Positions 1 to 9,702 of a stretch of DNA of 64,000 nt are shown here, in pieces (position 1 is the first letter of the stretch; each line of letters begins with the position of its first letter). Location of the stretch: assembly GCA_902520885.1 (NCBI GenBank), contig CABYPW010000005.1, positions 39,298 through 103,297 on the forward strand, in the 5' to 3' direction. The notes beneath the pieces were generated by a model. It was not told where the DNA came from, ran no database searches, and saw only the letters and a list, made by a program, of their open reading frames with translations. Position numbers and translations under genes: made by a program. This stretch comes from an uncultured SAR116 cluster alpha proteobacterium. GTDB lineage: Bacteria; Pseudomonadota; Alphaproteobacteria; Puniceispirillales; Puniceispirillaceae.

Positions 1-104
1 AAATTGCTGATGACAACAATAAAAGCTTAATTCGTACACAAGTAGAGCTTGGTGTAGCAACACGCATGGCATGCCTAGAAGCAATCGCTGGAGCAAAGCT
101 TTGA
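1..104 (+). CDS. pyrB: aspartate carbamoyltransferase, C-terminal fragment (gene begins upstream of the window)
   Basis: Frame +3 is open from the window edge to TGA at 102-104. The peptide IADDNNKSLIRTQVELGVATRMACLEAIAGAKL resembles the conserved ATCase C-terminal helix (QV.NGV..RMA.L). A dihydroorotase-like gene follows, as in pyrB-pyrC operons. Confidence 0.6.
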   Translation, partial: IADDNNKSLIRTQVELGVATRMACLEAIAGAKL

Positions 105-1378
105 CTAGGACAATATTGAAAAATGGACGGATTATTTGTCCTGAAGAAAACCTAGACATTGTAGGTGACGTTGTTATTGAAAAAGATAAAATTGCCTATG
201 TAGGGGAAGAACAAGTCGAAAGCGAGAAAACAAACTCAATTATAGATTGTGATGGATTAATAATCATGCCTGGAGCAATTGATATGCGTGTTCAATCTGC
301 AGATCCCGGCAGCGAACATTTAGAGTCATTATCTGACTTGCTGGCGGCAGCTGGCAACGCAGGAATTACACAGGTTATTAGCTTGCCTGCAACCTCTCCT
401 GTTGTGGATTCCGCAGTAATGATTGATTCTTTAAAACTTCGAGCATCTAGCTACAGTGGTGCTTTATTCCACTTATATGGGGCAATGACAAAAGCACTCG
501 ACAATGAACATATGGCAGAGCTTGGTATGATGGCAAAAGCTGGTGCTGTTGGCTTTGCAAACAGTCTCAAAAGTGTCGAAGACACGCTTTTGATGCGGAG
601 GATTATGACTTATGCAAAAATGCTGAATAAACCCGTTATCCATCACTGTTCTGACCCATATTTAAGTAAAGAAACTGATATGAACGAGAGCGAAACTGCG
701 ACAAGGCTTGGTCTAATTGGTGCGCCAGCTGTAGCAGAAACGATAATATTAGAGCGAGACCTCAATCTTGTTGCATTGACAGGGTGTAGATATCATGCGG
801 CACATATCTCTACTGCTTCCTCTGTAGAGGCATTACGTCGTGCCAAAAATCAGGGACTTCAAGTTACAGCAGATACATCTCCAGCTTATTTCTTACTAAA
901 TGATAAGGCGGTAGGTGACTACAACACAGCTTTTCGCCTTGACCCACCTTTGCGTGATGAGAAAGACAGATTAGCAATTATTGAAGCGATTGAAGACGGC
1001 ACCATTGATGTGATTGCATCTGACCATCATCCAATAGAGATGGATAAAAAAATGCTACCCTTTGGGCAGGCATCTACTGGTGCATCTAGTGTTGAGACGC
1101 TGTTACCATTAGCGTTCTGCCTCCACCATACAAGTAACATAAGCTTATCAAGAATAATAAACGCATTGAGTGTTGCTCCTGCCAAGGCAATTTCATTACC
1201 AATACCAAAACTAGCAATAGGTGAACACGCAAATATAACAATTATTAATCTATCCTCTTCTGGCGTTATTCGAGGGGCTAATTTTATGTCTCAATGTCAA
1301 ATTACTCCTTTTGAGCATTATTTAATTGATAGCAAGGTTGTAGGCTGCTTTGTAAATGGCATCTCTGTGATGAAATAG
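71..1378 (+). CDS. pyrC: dihydroorotase-like amidohydrolase, probably the non-catalytic PyrC' type
   Basis: 435-aa ORF with type I DHOase architecture (GLIIMPGAID..., HISTASS, IASDHHP). ATG 71 overlaps pyrB; an alternative TTG at 101 gives a TTGA start/stop overlap with pyrB. The HxH metal motif is replaced (IDMRVQSADPG versus ID.HVH.R.PG) and MPNT is LPAT. Confidence 0.85.
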   Translation: MPRSNRWSKALTRTILKNGRIICPEENLDIVGDVVIEKDKIAYVGEEQVESEKTNSIIDCDGLIIMPGAIDMRVQSADPGSEHLESLSDLLAAAGNAGITQVISLPATSPVVDSAVMIDSLKLRASSYSGALFHLYGAMTKALDNEHMAELGMMAKAGAVGFANSLKSVEDTLLMRRIMTYAKMLNKPVIHHCSDPYLSKETDMNESETATRLGLIGAPAVAETIILERDLNLVALTGCRYHAAHISTASSVEALRRAKNQGLQVTADTSPAYFLLNDKAVGDYNTAFRLDPPLRDEKDRLAIIEAIEDGTIDVIASDHHPIEMDKKMLPFGQASTGASSVETLLPLAFCLHHTSNISLSRIINALSVAPAKAISLPIPKLAIGEHANITIINLSSSGVIRGANFMSQCQITPFEHYLIDSKVVGCFVNGISVMK

Positions 1379-1422
1379 AATTATATTGATAACTGGATCT
1401 TTATCTTTCAAAAATTAGAGAA

Positions 1423-2025
1423 ATGAGCTTGATAATGAATATTGAAATACCAATTGCACTTCTTTCTGGCTATTTTTTTGGAAGTATTCCTTTTGGATTA
1501 CTGCTTACAAAATTCGCAGGTGAAGGTGATATTAGAAAAATTGGTTCTGGAAATATTGGGGCAACAAATGTATTGAGAACGGGGCACAAATCACTAGCAG
1601 CAGCAACACTTATTTTAGATGCGGGAAAAGGCGCATTTGGTGTATATATAATTGGGTTATATTTACCTGAGATTTATTTAGGAATAGCTGGAGCAAGTGC
1701 TGTGGTTGGACATTGCTATCCTATTTGGTTGAAATTTTCTGGTGGCAAAGGTGTTGCCACAGGATTAGGTATCATTGCAATACTATCCCCTATATCTGGA
1801 TTTTTATTTGTTATAACCTGGATTATAATTGCTTTCTTGTTTAAATATTCGTCGCTCTCAGCGCTTCTAGCATTTTTTGTATCAAGCATCTCCTCATTCT
1901 TTGTAGAAAGAAGTGATATATCTATCGCTATTTTATTCATGACACTCATTACCTTTTTTAGGCATAAAGAAAATATAAAACGATTAATGTCTGGAACAGA
2001 AAGTAAAATTTTAGAAGGTTCTTAA
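1423..2025 (+). CDS. plsY: glycerol-3-phosphate acyltransferase PlsY
   Basis: 200-aa polytopic membrane protein with the GSGNIGATNVLR signature and the HCYPIWLKFSGGKGVAT motif. Confidence 0.9.
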   Translation: MSLIMNIEIPIALLSGYFFGSIPFGLLLTKFAGEGDIRKIGSGNIGATNVLRTGHKSLAAATLILDAGKGAFGVYIIGLYLPEIYLGIAGASAVVGHCYPIWLKFSGGKGVATGLGIIAILSPISGFLFVITWIIIAFLFKYSSLSALLAFFVSSISSFFVERSDISIAILFMTLITFFRHKENIKRLMSGTESKILEGS

Positions 2026-2387
2026 GAAAATCCCAAAAAAGTACTACCTAAATTTATTTATTTTTAAAAGCAGGCTTTTGATATCAATATGTTTAATTTC
2101 ATAGATTCATAAAGCTTCAGATTACAACTTTGATGAAAAGTTAAGCATAAAATTTTAGAAAGCGAAGAAATTTAAACTTTGAAATAAACAAAGTTTAATT
2201 TTGGAAAATGTTTATGAAAAAATCAAATAATATTGACGAATTCGTAAACTGGTGTCATTTGTCTGCTCTAGAAATTAAAGAAACCAACTTGGAATTCTAA
2301 TTATAAGGTCTAAGTAAGTTTTTTTTAAGAGGGATTAAATGAATACGTTTTTATTAAAAACGTTTTTTATCGATTTTTTTAAGTTGG

Positions 2388-4955
2388 ATGGATAGAATGA
2401 AAGTTGTAGTAGTAGAGTCTCCTGCTAAAGCAAAAACCATAAATAGATATCTAGGGACTGACTATACTGTTCTGGCTTCCTATGGCCATGTTAGAGACTT
2501 ACCTGCTAAGGATGGTTCAGTATTACCAGAGCATTCCTTTGAAATGAGTTGGCAGACCGACGCGAAATCAAATAAGCATATTAAAGAAATAACTGAAGCG
2601 TTATCAAAGGCTGATAGACTAATTCTTGCAACCGACCCCGACCGTGAGGGAGAAGCAATAAGCTGGCATGTACAAGAACTTGTTAAATCTAAAAAATCCT
2701 TGAAAGACATTCCAAGTGAAAGAGTTGTTTTTAATGAAGTTACTAAATCGGCTATTTTGGCCGCGATGGATAAACCAAGAGAGATTAATTATGACTTGGT
2801 AAACGCTTACTTGGCGCGTCGTGCATTAGATTATTTAGTTGGTTTCAATCTATCACCTGTTTTATGGCGAAAACTTCCCGGAGCAAAATCAGCGGGTAGA
2901 GTACAATCAGTTGCCTTGCGTTTAATATGTAATAGAGAGGCAGATATTGAGTCTTTTTTTTCAGAAGAATATTGGTCCATAGATACCAAATTAAAAACGC
3001 AAGACGACAAGCACCTTATCGCCAGACTTGTAAGCCTCGATTCTAAAAAGATCGGTAAATTAGACATTACCTCAGAAAAGCAGTCAAAAGAGATTGAAGA
3101 GAAAATCAAGAGAGCAACTTTTTCTGTTTTATCAGTTGATACAAAGCGAACAAAAAGACAACCATCTGCGCCTTTTACCACCTCAACTTTACAGCAGGAA
3201 GCATCTCGTAAACTTGGATTTTCTGCTTCAAGAACAATGCAGATTGCTCAACGATTGTATGAAGGTATTCAAGTTGGAAGTGAAACAACCGGATTAATCA
3301 CTTATATGAGAACTGATGGCGTACAAATGAGTAGTGAGGCTATTTTTTCTTTACGTGATGAAATAGCTTCAATTTATGGTGAGCAGTATTTGCCTGAAAA
3401 ACCACGCTTTTACAAAACTAAAGCAGTAAATGCACAGGAGGCACATGAGGCCATCAGACCAACCAGTTTTAATCAACATCCAAATGATATTCGGTCCTAT
3501 CTTGATTATGACCAATTTCGTTTATATGACTTGATTTGGAAGAGATCTGTTGCCAGTCAGATGACTTCAGCAGAAATAGACCAAACAACCATTCGTTTTA
3601 TAGATCAAGATGATTCCATAGAACTGAGAAGCAATGGTAGCGTCATAATATTCGATGGCTTTAGACGCGCTTATTTTGAAAGTAAAGACGAAACGAGCGA
3701 CCGAGATAACAAAGAAGAGGATGGAGAAGCCATTCTTCCATTAGTGAAAAAAGGAGAAATCCTTACTCAAGAGCAGGTCCTTCCTGAACAACATTTCACT
3801 CAACCGCCTCCAAGGTTTACTGATGCCAGCCTTGTTAAAAACCTTGAAGAATTAGGAATTGGAAGACCCTCTACCTATGCTTCAATTTTACAAGTCTTAG
3901 AAAAAAGGGGGTACGTTCGCAAAGATCAAAAACGTTTTATTCCAGAACACCGTGGCAGAATTGTATCAACCTTTCTCGAAAATTTCTTCGAAAAATACGT
4001 TCAATATGACTTTACTGCTAGCCTTGAAAATCAGTTAGATGATGTTTCGGGTGGAAGGCTTGATTGGAAACAAGTACTATCTCAATTTTGGTATGATTTT
4101 AAGCTAAACGTTGATTCAACAAAGGAATTACCAGTACCGGATGTCATGGCAGCGCTCGATAATGATCTTGAACGATTATTTTTCAAACCTGATGAGGATG
4201 GAAATGTAAATCGAATTTGTTCCAAGTGTAACGAGGGATATCTTGAGCTAAAACTTAGCAAATATGGACCTTTTATTGGATGCTCTAAATACCCAGATTG
4301 TAACTACACAAAGCAAGTACATGACTCTCAAGTTGCAGAGGACTCAACACAACTTCAAGATAATACTGAATTAGGAGTTGACCCTAATACAAATATGCCT
4401 ATTTGGTTGAAAAAGGGGCCATATGGCTGGTATGTCCAGCAAGGCGGCGAAGAGATTAAAAAACCGAAAAGAACAGGACTTCCAAAGGGAATTATTGCTA
4501 ATCAAGTTTCCCTTGAGCAGGCCATTTCATTGCTAGCACTTCCGCGAGAAATTGGATTACACCCAGAATCAGGAGAGGCTATTCAAGCAGGAATAGGAAG
4601 ATATGGTCCGTTTCTAAAACATCGAGGTAAATTTGTTAGCTTAACCCCTGATGATGATGTGTTATCTGTTGGGATTAATCGTGCAGTAGATTTATTAGCA
4701 GCAGCAGAACTAAAGGCTGGAAGAACTCTAGGTGCACATCCTGATGGAGGAGAAGTTGAGTTAAAACGAGGTCGCTTTGGAAGCTATGTTGAACATAAAA
4801 AATTACGTGCGTCATTACCTAGAGGCATAGAAATGAGTGACATAACTTTGGAACAGGCAATTGCACTTTTACAAGATAAAGCGGCCAGCCCTGCGAAGAA
4901 AAAAAAATCGGGCAAGAAGTCATCTACAAAGAAAAAAACCACCGGAAAATCTTAA
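2388..4955 (+). CDS. topA: DNA topoisomerase I
   Basis: Toprim N-terminus VVVESPAKAKTI and LATDPDREGEAISWH; active-site tyrosine context ITYMRTDG; one C4 zinc ribbon (CSKCNEG...CSKYPDC); lysine-rich tail. The true start may be ATG 2397 (MKVVVVESP). Confidence 0.95.
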   Translation: MDRMKVVVVESPAKAKTINRYLGTDYTVLASYGHVRDLPAKDGSVLPEHSFEMSWQTDAKSNKHIKEITEALSKADRLILATDPDREGEAISWHVQELVKSKKSLKDIPSERVVFNEVTKSAILAAMDKPREINYDLVNAYLARRALDYLVGFNLSPVLWRKLPGAKSAGRVQSVALRLICNREADIESFFSEEYWSIDTKLKTQDDKHLIARLVSLDSKKIGKLDITSEKQSKEIEEKIKRATFSVLSVDTKRTKRQPSAPFTTSTLQQEASRKLGFSASRTMQIAQRLYEGIQVGSETTGLITYMRTDGVQMSSEAIFSLRDEIASIYGEQYLPEKPRFYKTKAVNAQEAHEAIRPTSFNQHPNDIRSYLDYDQFRLYDLIWKRSVASQMTSAEIDQTTIRFIDQDDSIELRSNGSVIIFDGFRRAYFESKDETSDRDNKEEDGEAILPLVKKGEILTQEQVLPEQHFTQPPPRFTDASLVKNLEELGIGRPSTYASILQVLEKRGYVRKDQKRFIPEHRGRIVSTFLENFFEKYVQYDFTASLENQLDDVSGGRLDWKQVLSQFWYDFKLNVDSTKELPVPDVMAALDNDLERLFFKPDEDGNVNRICSKCNEGYLELKLSKYGPFIGCSKYPDCNYTKQVHDSQVAEDSTQLQDNTELGVDPNTNMPIWLKKGPYGWYVQQGGEEIKKPKRTGLPKGIIANQVSLEQAISLLALPREIGLHPESGEAIQAGIGRYGPFLKHRGKFVSLTPDDDVLSVGINRAVDLLAAAELKAGRTLGAHPDGGEVELKRGRFGSYVEHKKLRASLPRGIEMSDITLEQAIALLQDKAASPAKKKKSGKKSSTKKKTTGKS

Positions 4956-5067
4956 AAATCATTAAGGTAAAATAGTATTTTAATTGATTTTTAGGAGTTT
5001 TTGCATTCGGTGTATTTGATATTTGTTCTCTCAACAATAGATAATAATTAAATCCTAACAGCAAAAA

Positions 5068-7305
5068 GTGATTTATAACTTGGTAAAAACAAACAATTCA
5101 TTACCTTCTAAACAAGAAATAAAAGATTTCATAAGAACAAGTCCAGAACCTATCAAATTACACAAAATAGCTCGTGTTTTTGGTGTAAATGCTCGTGATA
5201 GATCAGCTTTAAGACAATTGTTAGTTGATATAGGTAATAGCCCAAATGATCGGAAGTTTACAGAAGAAAATTTAGATATTCCTGAGTTATGCATTATGGA
5301 AATCATGTCAATTGACACTGATGGAATAGCAATCGCAAAACTAGTTGATAGATCACTCAAAAACACAAAATTTCAAGCGGAAATAAATACGTCATCAAAA
5401 AGAGGTAGAAGCCCTATATTAGGAGACCATATTTTAGCAAGAATTAAAGATAAACAAGATGTCAGAATAACAGCAGAATTAATTCGTATTTTACCAAAAA
5501 ATAAAATGCAATCGTATGTATATGGTCGGGCATTCAAATCAAAAAGTGCATGGTATATAGAAAATGCTGAAAAAGGGATGCAGAGGCCTATCAAATTAGA
5601 AATTGAAGACAAGAAAGAGCTCGAGGATGGCATGCTTGTTAAAGCAGAGCTAAAAAAAACATCTGATAGGTATCTTAAAAAAGCGAAATTAGTTGATACT
5701 TATGGCAATATAGAGAACCCAAAATCAATCCTTTCAATGACCATAGATGAATTTAATCTTTTAGAAAAATTTTCAGATGAGGCTCTAAAACAGGCATATA
5801 ATACAAAGCCTATTTCATTTGCCCAAAGAGAAGATTTAACAGCAATTCCTTTAATTACTATAGATGGTGTTGATGCTAAAGATTTTGACGATGCCGTATT
5901 TGCTGAACCGACAGCAGGTAATGGTTGGAGAGTTATTATTGCTATTGCAGATGTAAGTCATTATGTGCATGAAGACACAGCGTTAGATGTAGAAGCAAAA
6001 AAAAGAGGGAATTCAGTCTATCTTCCAGGCAGAGTGCTTCCGATGCTGCCTGAAAAACTATCTAATGATTTATGTTCTCTTAAACCAAATGAAAAAAGAG
6101 CTTGCCTAGCGGTTGAGATACATCTTGATGCAATGGGAAATAAAACCAAACATCGTTTTATAAGAGGTGTAATCAAGTCAATTGCTAGATTAACTTATGA
6201 TAGTGTGCAATCAGTATTTGAGGGTCTTTCAGATGAGCGGCAGTTAAACCTACCCGCTGGAACATTACATCATTTATTTGCAGCTTATAAGTGTAGAAAG
6301 GAATTGAGAAAAAAAAGAGGTGCGTTAGAACTTCATTTAAGGGAACGTTCAATCAAACTCTCTACTGAGATGTATCCAATAGATATTGAAATTCGTGAAC
6401 AAAAACAAGCAAATGAGCTTATTGAAGAATTGATGATTCTTGCTAACATTTGCGCAGCGGAAACATTGGAAGAGAAAAAAAGAACATGTGTGTATAGAGT
6501 TCATGAGCCACCAAGCTCTGATAAACTTGAGGAATTAATTTTATTAGCCGCCGAACTGAATATAAAACTACCAGAAAAGGCAAATTTTACACCTCAACAG
6601 TTTAATCTTCTTTTGGAAAAAGGAACAACACCCTCTAATAAAGAACTTTTGCAAAATGCAATTCTTCGTTGTCAGTCCCGTGCTAACTATTCAACCAAAA
6701 ATGTTGGACATTATGGACTTGGCCTACAACGCTATACTCACTTTACATCGCCTATTAGGCGCTATTCTGACTTGTTAGTTCATCGTGCTTTGATTACAGC
6801 ATGTAATCTTGGCCCCAATGTTATTTCGAAAGACTCTGAAGGAATTATTACAGAAATATGCAGTCATATAAGTGAAACTGAACAGCTCGCTGCAAAAGCT
6901 GAGAGGCGTGCCATTAATAGAATGGCTAATATCGTTTTGAGCAACTTACTTGGCACAGAACAAAAAGCCATTGTAACTGGCATTACTGTCTCAGGCCTAT
7001 TTGTATCTATAGCAAACGGTCTGGCGGAGGGTTTTATCTCAAGGAAATCTTTGCCAGATGATTTTTATTTATTGGATAACAAAAAAACACAGCTTACAGG
7101 GCGACAAACAGGTTGGAAGTTTAGACTTGGTGATTCTTTACAAGCATTGGTAAGTGAAATATCCATAGTCAGCGGTAATATATCCCTATCCTTGGTAGCA
7201 GGTGGCTTTATAGATGATCCTTCTAACAAAAAAAAAAGAAAGAAAGTACCAAATAGAAAAAAATCTCTCTTAAAGAAGAGCAAATCAACTAGGAGTAAAG
7301 GTTAA
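5068..7305 (+). CDS. rnr: ribonuclease R (RNase II/VacB family)
   Basis: GTG start. RNB domain motifs DAKDFDDAV and HYGLGLQRYTHFTSPIRRYSDLLVHR; C-terminal S1-like region and a basic Lys-rich tail; follows topA as in Rhizobiales. Confidence 0.9.
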   Translation: MIYNLVKTNNSLPSKQEIKDFIRTSPEPIKLHKIARVFGVNARDRSALRQLLVDIGNSPNDRKFTEENLDIPELCIMEIMSIDTDGIAIAKLVDRSLKNTKFQAEINTSSKRGRSPILGDHILARIKDKQDVRITAELIRILPKNKMQSYVYGRAFKSKSAWYIENAEKGMQRPIKLEIEDKKELEDGMLVKAELKKTSDRYLKKAKLVDTYGNIENPKSILSMTIDEFNLLEKFSDEALKQAYNTKPISFAQREDLTAIPLITIDGVDAKDFDDAVFAEPTAGNGWRVIIAIADVSHYVHEDTALDVEAKKRGNSVYLPGRVLPMLPEKLSNDLCSLKPNEKRACLAVEIHLDAMGNKTKHRFIRGVIKSIARLTYDSVQSVFEGLSDERQLNLPAGTLHHLFAAYKCRKELRKKRGALELHLRERSIKLSTEMYPIDIEIREQKQANELIEELMILANICAAETLEEKKRTCVYRVHEPPSSDKLEELILLAAELNIKLPEKANFTPQQFNLLLEKGTTPSNKELLQNAILRCQSRANYSTKNVGHYGLGLQRYTHFTSPIRRYSDLLVHRALITACNLGPNVISKDSEGIITEICSHISETEQLAAKAERRAINRMANIVLSNLLGTEQKAIVTGITVSGLFVSIANGLAEGFISRKSLPDDFYLLDNKKTQLTGRQTGWKFRLGDSLQALVSEISIVSGNISLSLVAGGFIDDPSNKKKRKKVPNRKKSLLKKSKSTRSKG

Positions 7306-7404
7306 TGCCAATTTAACTGAAACTATGCTGACGTAAGCTTGACAAATTAGAACATTTAAAGCATTTTGGCACAAATTTAAAATACTTTTAACGCGGAGCA
7401 CATT

Positions 7405-7572
7405 ATGGCGAAGCCTGCTACACTTCAAATCAAACTGGTTAGCACCGCAGATACCGGTTTTTATTACGTTACAAAAAAGAACCCTCGAACAAAGCCTGAA
7501 AAGTTGGAGTTAATGAAATACGACCCTAAAGTACGAAAGCATGTGCTTTTCAAAGAAGCAAAAATTAAATAG
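7405..7572 (+). CDS. rpmG: 50S ribosomal protein L33 (Cys-less form)
   Basis: 55-aa ORF missed by the ORF track: [55 protein letters not shown]. This is a near-textbook L33 sequence (STA.TG.FY.T.KN....EKL...KYDP..RKHV.FKE.K). Confidence 0.9.
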   Translation: MAKPATLQIKLVSTADTGFYYVTKKNPRTKPEKLELMKYDPKVRKHVLFKEAKIK

Positions 7573-7588
7573 ATAAGACGACTTTATT

Positions 7589-8485
7589 ATGCGTTGCGGC
7601 ATAGACGTAGGTGGAACAAAAATAGAAACCGCTATTCTCTCTGATAGCGGTAAATTTCTGTCTAGAGAGAGAATAAACACTCCAAATAATTATACAGCTT
7701 TACTAAATTCAATAGATAAAAGTTTTCAGCAAGCCTCTAAACATACGGGGTTCGATGGACCAGTTGGTATTTGTATGCCTGGCAGTGTATCAAAAGAAAC
7801 TGGGCTAATCCAAGGAGCTAATACTACCTACCTAAATGGACAAAACCTCCAAAAAGATTTACAAGCCACACTCAACCGTTCTGTTCGTTTGTCAAATGAT
7901 GCTAATTGCTTCGCTCTTTCGGAAGCGATTGAGGGTGCTGGAAAGGGCGCTAGTGTCGTTTTTGGTGTTATAATTGGAACTGGTTGTGGTGGTGGTATTG
8001 TTGTAAACCGTCATATACTTCCGGGCGTAAATGGGATTGCAGGTGAGTGGGGGCATACACCTTTACCATGGCCTGTCAAAAATGAATTTGAAAATCACGA
8101 TTGTTGGTGTGGTAAAACAGGATGTCTCGAAACATATATCTCTGGTACAGCACTGACAAAAGATTATAAGCGTATGACCGGGCTGGAAAAAGATGGAAAA
8201 CAAATAGTATCGGACTGTAATAATGGTGATATTGTTGCCGAGGCAGTCTTGCAAGCGCTTGAAGATAGAATAGCACGTGGCCTCGCAATGATTATAAATA
8301 TTATTGATCCAGACATTATAATTTTGGGTGGTGGTCTTTCGAATATAGAACGATTATATGAAAATATTCCGCGGAAATGGGCTGGCTATGTTTTTTCCAA
8401 TAAAATCAATACAAGGCTACTTAAACCAAAATATGGCGACTCTAGTGGTGTTAGAGGCGCCGCACTTTTATTTGGAACAAATTAA
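7589..8485 (+). CDS. ROK-family sugar kinase (NagK/glucokinase-like)
   Basis: N-terminal GIDVGGTKI ATPase motif, DANCFALSE, GTGCGGG, and the ROK zinc motif CWCGKTGCLETYISG. Overall collinear with E. coli NagK. Confidence 0.8.
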   Translation: MRCGIDVGGTKIETAILSDSGKFLSRERINTPNNYTALLNSIDKSFQQASKHTGFDGPVGICMPGSVSKETGLIQGANTTYLNGQNLQKDLQATLNRSVRLSNDANCFALSEAIEGAGKGASVVFGVIIGTGCGGGIVVNRHILPGVNGIAGEWGHTPLPWPVKNEFENHDCWCGKTGCLETYISGTALTKDYKRMTGLEKDGKQIVSDCNNGDIVAEAVLQALEDRIARGLAMIINIIDPDIIILGGGLSNIERLYENIPRKWAGYVFSNKINTRLLKPKYGDSSGVRGAALLFGTN

Positions 8486-8528
8486 TTTACAATTTATTTC
8501 TTAAAATTATAAATCGTGCGGTCTTGTT

Positions 8529-9365
8529 TTACATGCAATCAACTTTTTCGATTAGTTGAGCATCTGAGATTGATGCATGAACAGTAAAATCGCCATAGTT
8601 AATCATAAAATCGGTAACGACTCCATTATCGTGTAAATCCATCTGGATTTGATATTCTGGTATAGATTCAGTTGTTCCTGCTTTAAAATAGGCAATATCG
8701 ACAGGCCAGTAATAAGAGGTTGTAACGCCATTAATTTGAATATCAGACTTATAAGGCTTTTTAATACCTATGGCAGCACTTGCGGTCTTGACTGCGTCCT
8801 CTGGGGTACTATTAACAAATATCTTTCCAGACATAAATTTTCTTCCTTGCTTTGCAGCATCAATGATGGTGCGAGTATAAGTGACGGGAAACATTATATC
8901 ATTAGATAATGTCAAGGTATCGTTATAAGCCCCTGTATAGCTGGCTTCAGCAATATCACTCTGAGGTGGGAGAATGGCATAGCCAGTATAAATCGATTCT
9001 GGCTCAAAAGTATTTCGTTCACGCACATCAAAACTGTAAAGCTGACCATTTTTATCTTCCCAAGAATCAGAGTGAGAAAAGATCGTTACCTCTTCTCCTG
9101 TTTCATATAAAAATCGAAAAAAATAGTCCTCTATTAACGACCAACCATCACACTGTGCGTTTAAGGTGAACGATATTTTCCCGGCAACGTCCTGGACAGC
9201 TGCGTTACTATTTTTCTTTCCCATGGAGAGAGTATAATTTGCATTATGAGAAACAATAGATGATGTTGCATAAGCATTGCTAGCGATACATGCCAAGGAA
9301 TATAGAAAAAAATATGCTGCAAAAAGAGCTTTTAAATTACGTCCTAGCCAAATGTTCAACATCAA
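8529..9365 (-). CDS. exported protein, DUF1849/EipB-like (tentative)
   Basis: 278 aa with an N-terminal signal peptide (...LACIASNAYA). One Cys lies near residue 72 (NAQCDGW) and one at the penultimate residue (VDCM), matching the disulfide pattern reported for Brucella EipB. The family assignment is from memory only. Confidence 0.4.
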   Translation of the reverse strand: MMLNIWLGRNLKALFAAYFFLYSLACIASNAYATSSIVSHNANYTLSMGKKNSNAAVQDVAGKISFTLNAQCDGWSLIEDYFFRFLYETGEEVTIFSHSDSWEDKNGQLYSFDVRERNTFEPESIYTGYAILPPQSDIAEASYTGAYNDTLTLSNDIMFPVTYTRTIIDAAKQGRKFMSGKIFVNSTPEDAVKTASAAIGIKKPYKSDIQINGVTTSYYWPVDIAYFKAGTTESIPEYQIQMDLHDNGVVTDFMINYGDFTVHASISDAQLIEKVDCM

Positions 9366-9702
9366 GATTTTTTCCTTTTAAGGCAAAAATAATAAATATA
9401 TTCGCTTTATACACAATGAATTTAATTTACATAATATACTAATATTAAAGATAGGTAAAAAAACCCAGTACTATTTGTTTGGAATTGGCTTAAACCTTAT
9501 TATCGTTCTCATTAAATATAATACGACCAATTACTATCGAAATAATTAAAATTAACCTATAAAAGAGCACTATCTTAAATAAATCAGCAATTCAAATGAA
9601 TAACACAATAGAATAACTTCGATTCTTAAAAAAATATGTGTTTTTTACCACAAGGTAAGATAATGACTATTACATAGAACGTCATCAATTGTATGATCGA
9701 TT

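Noticed and set aside
4890-7305. Lys-rich C-terminal tails of TopA and RNase R encoded by A-tracts (up to A10), possibly slippage-prone.
   Set aside because: Basic tails are normal for both families, and homopolymer A runs are common throughout this AT-rich sequence. I saw no evidence of frameshifting.
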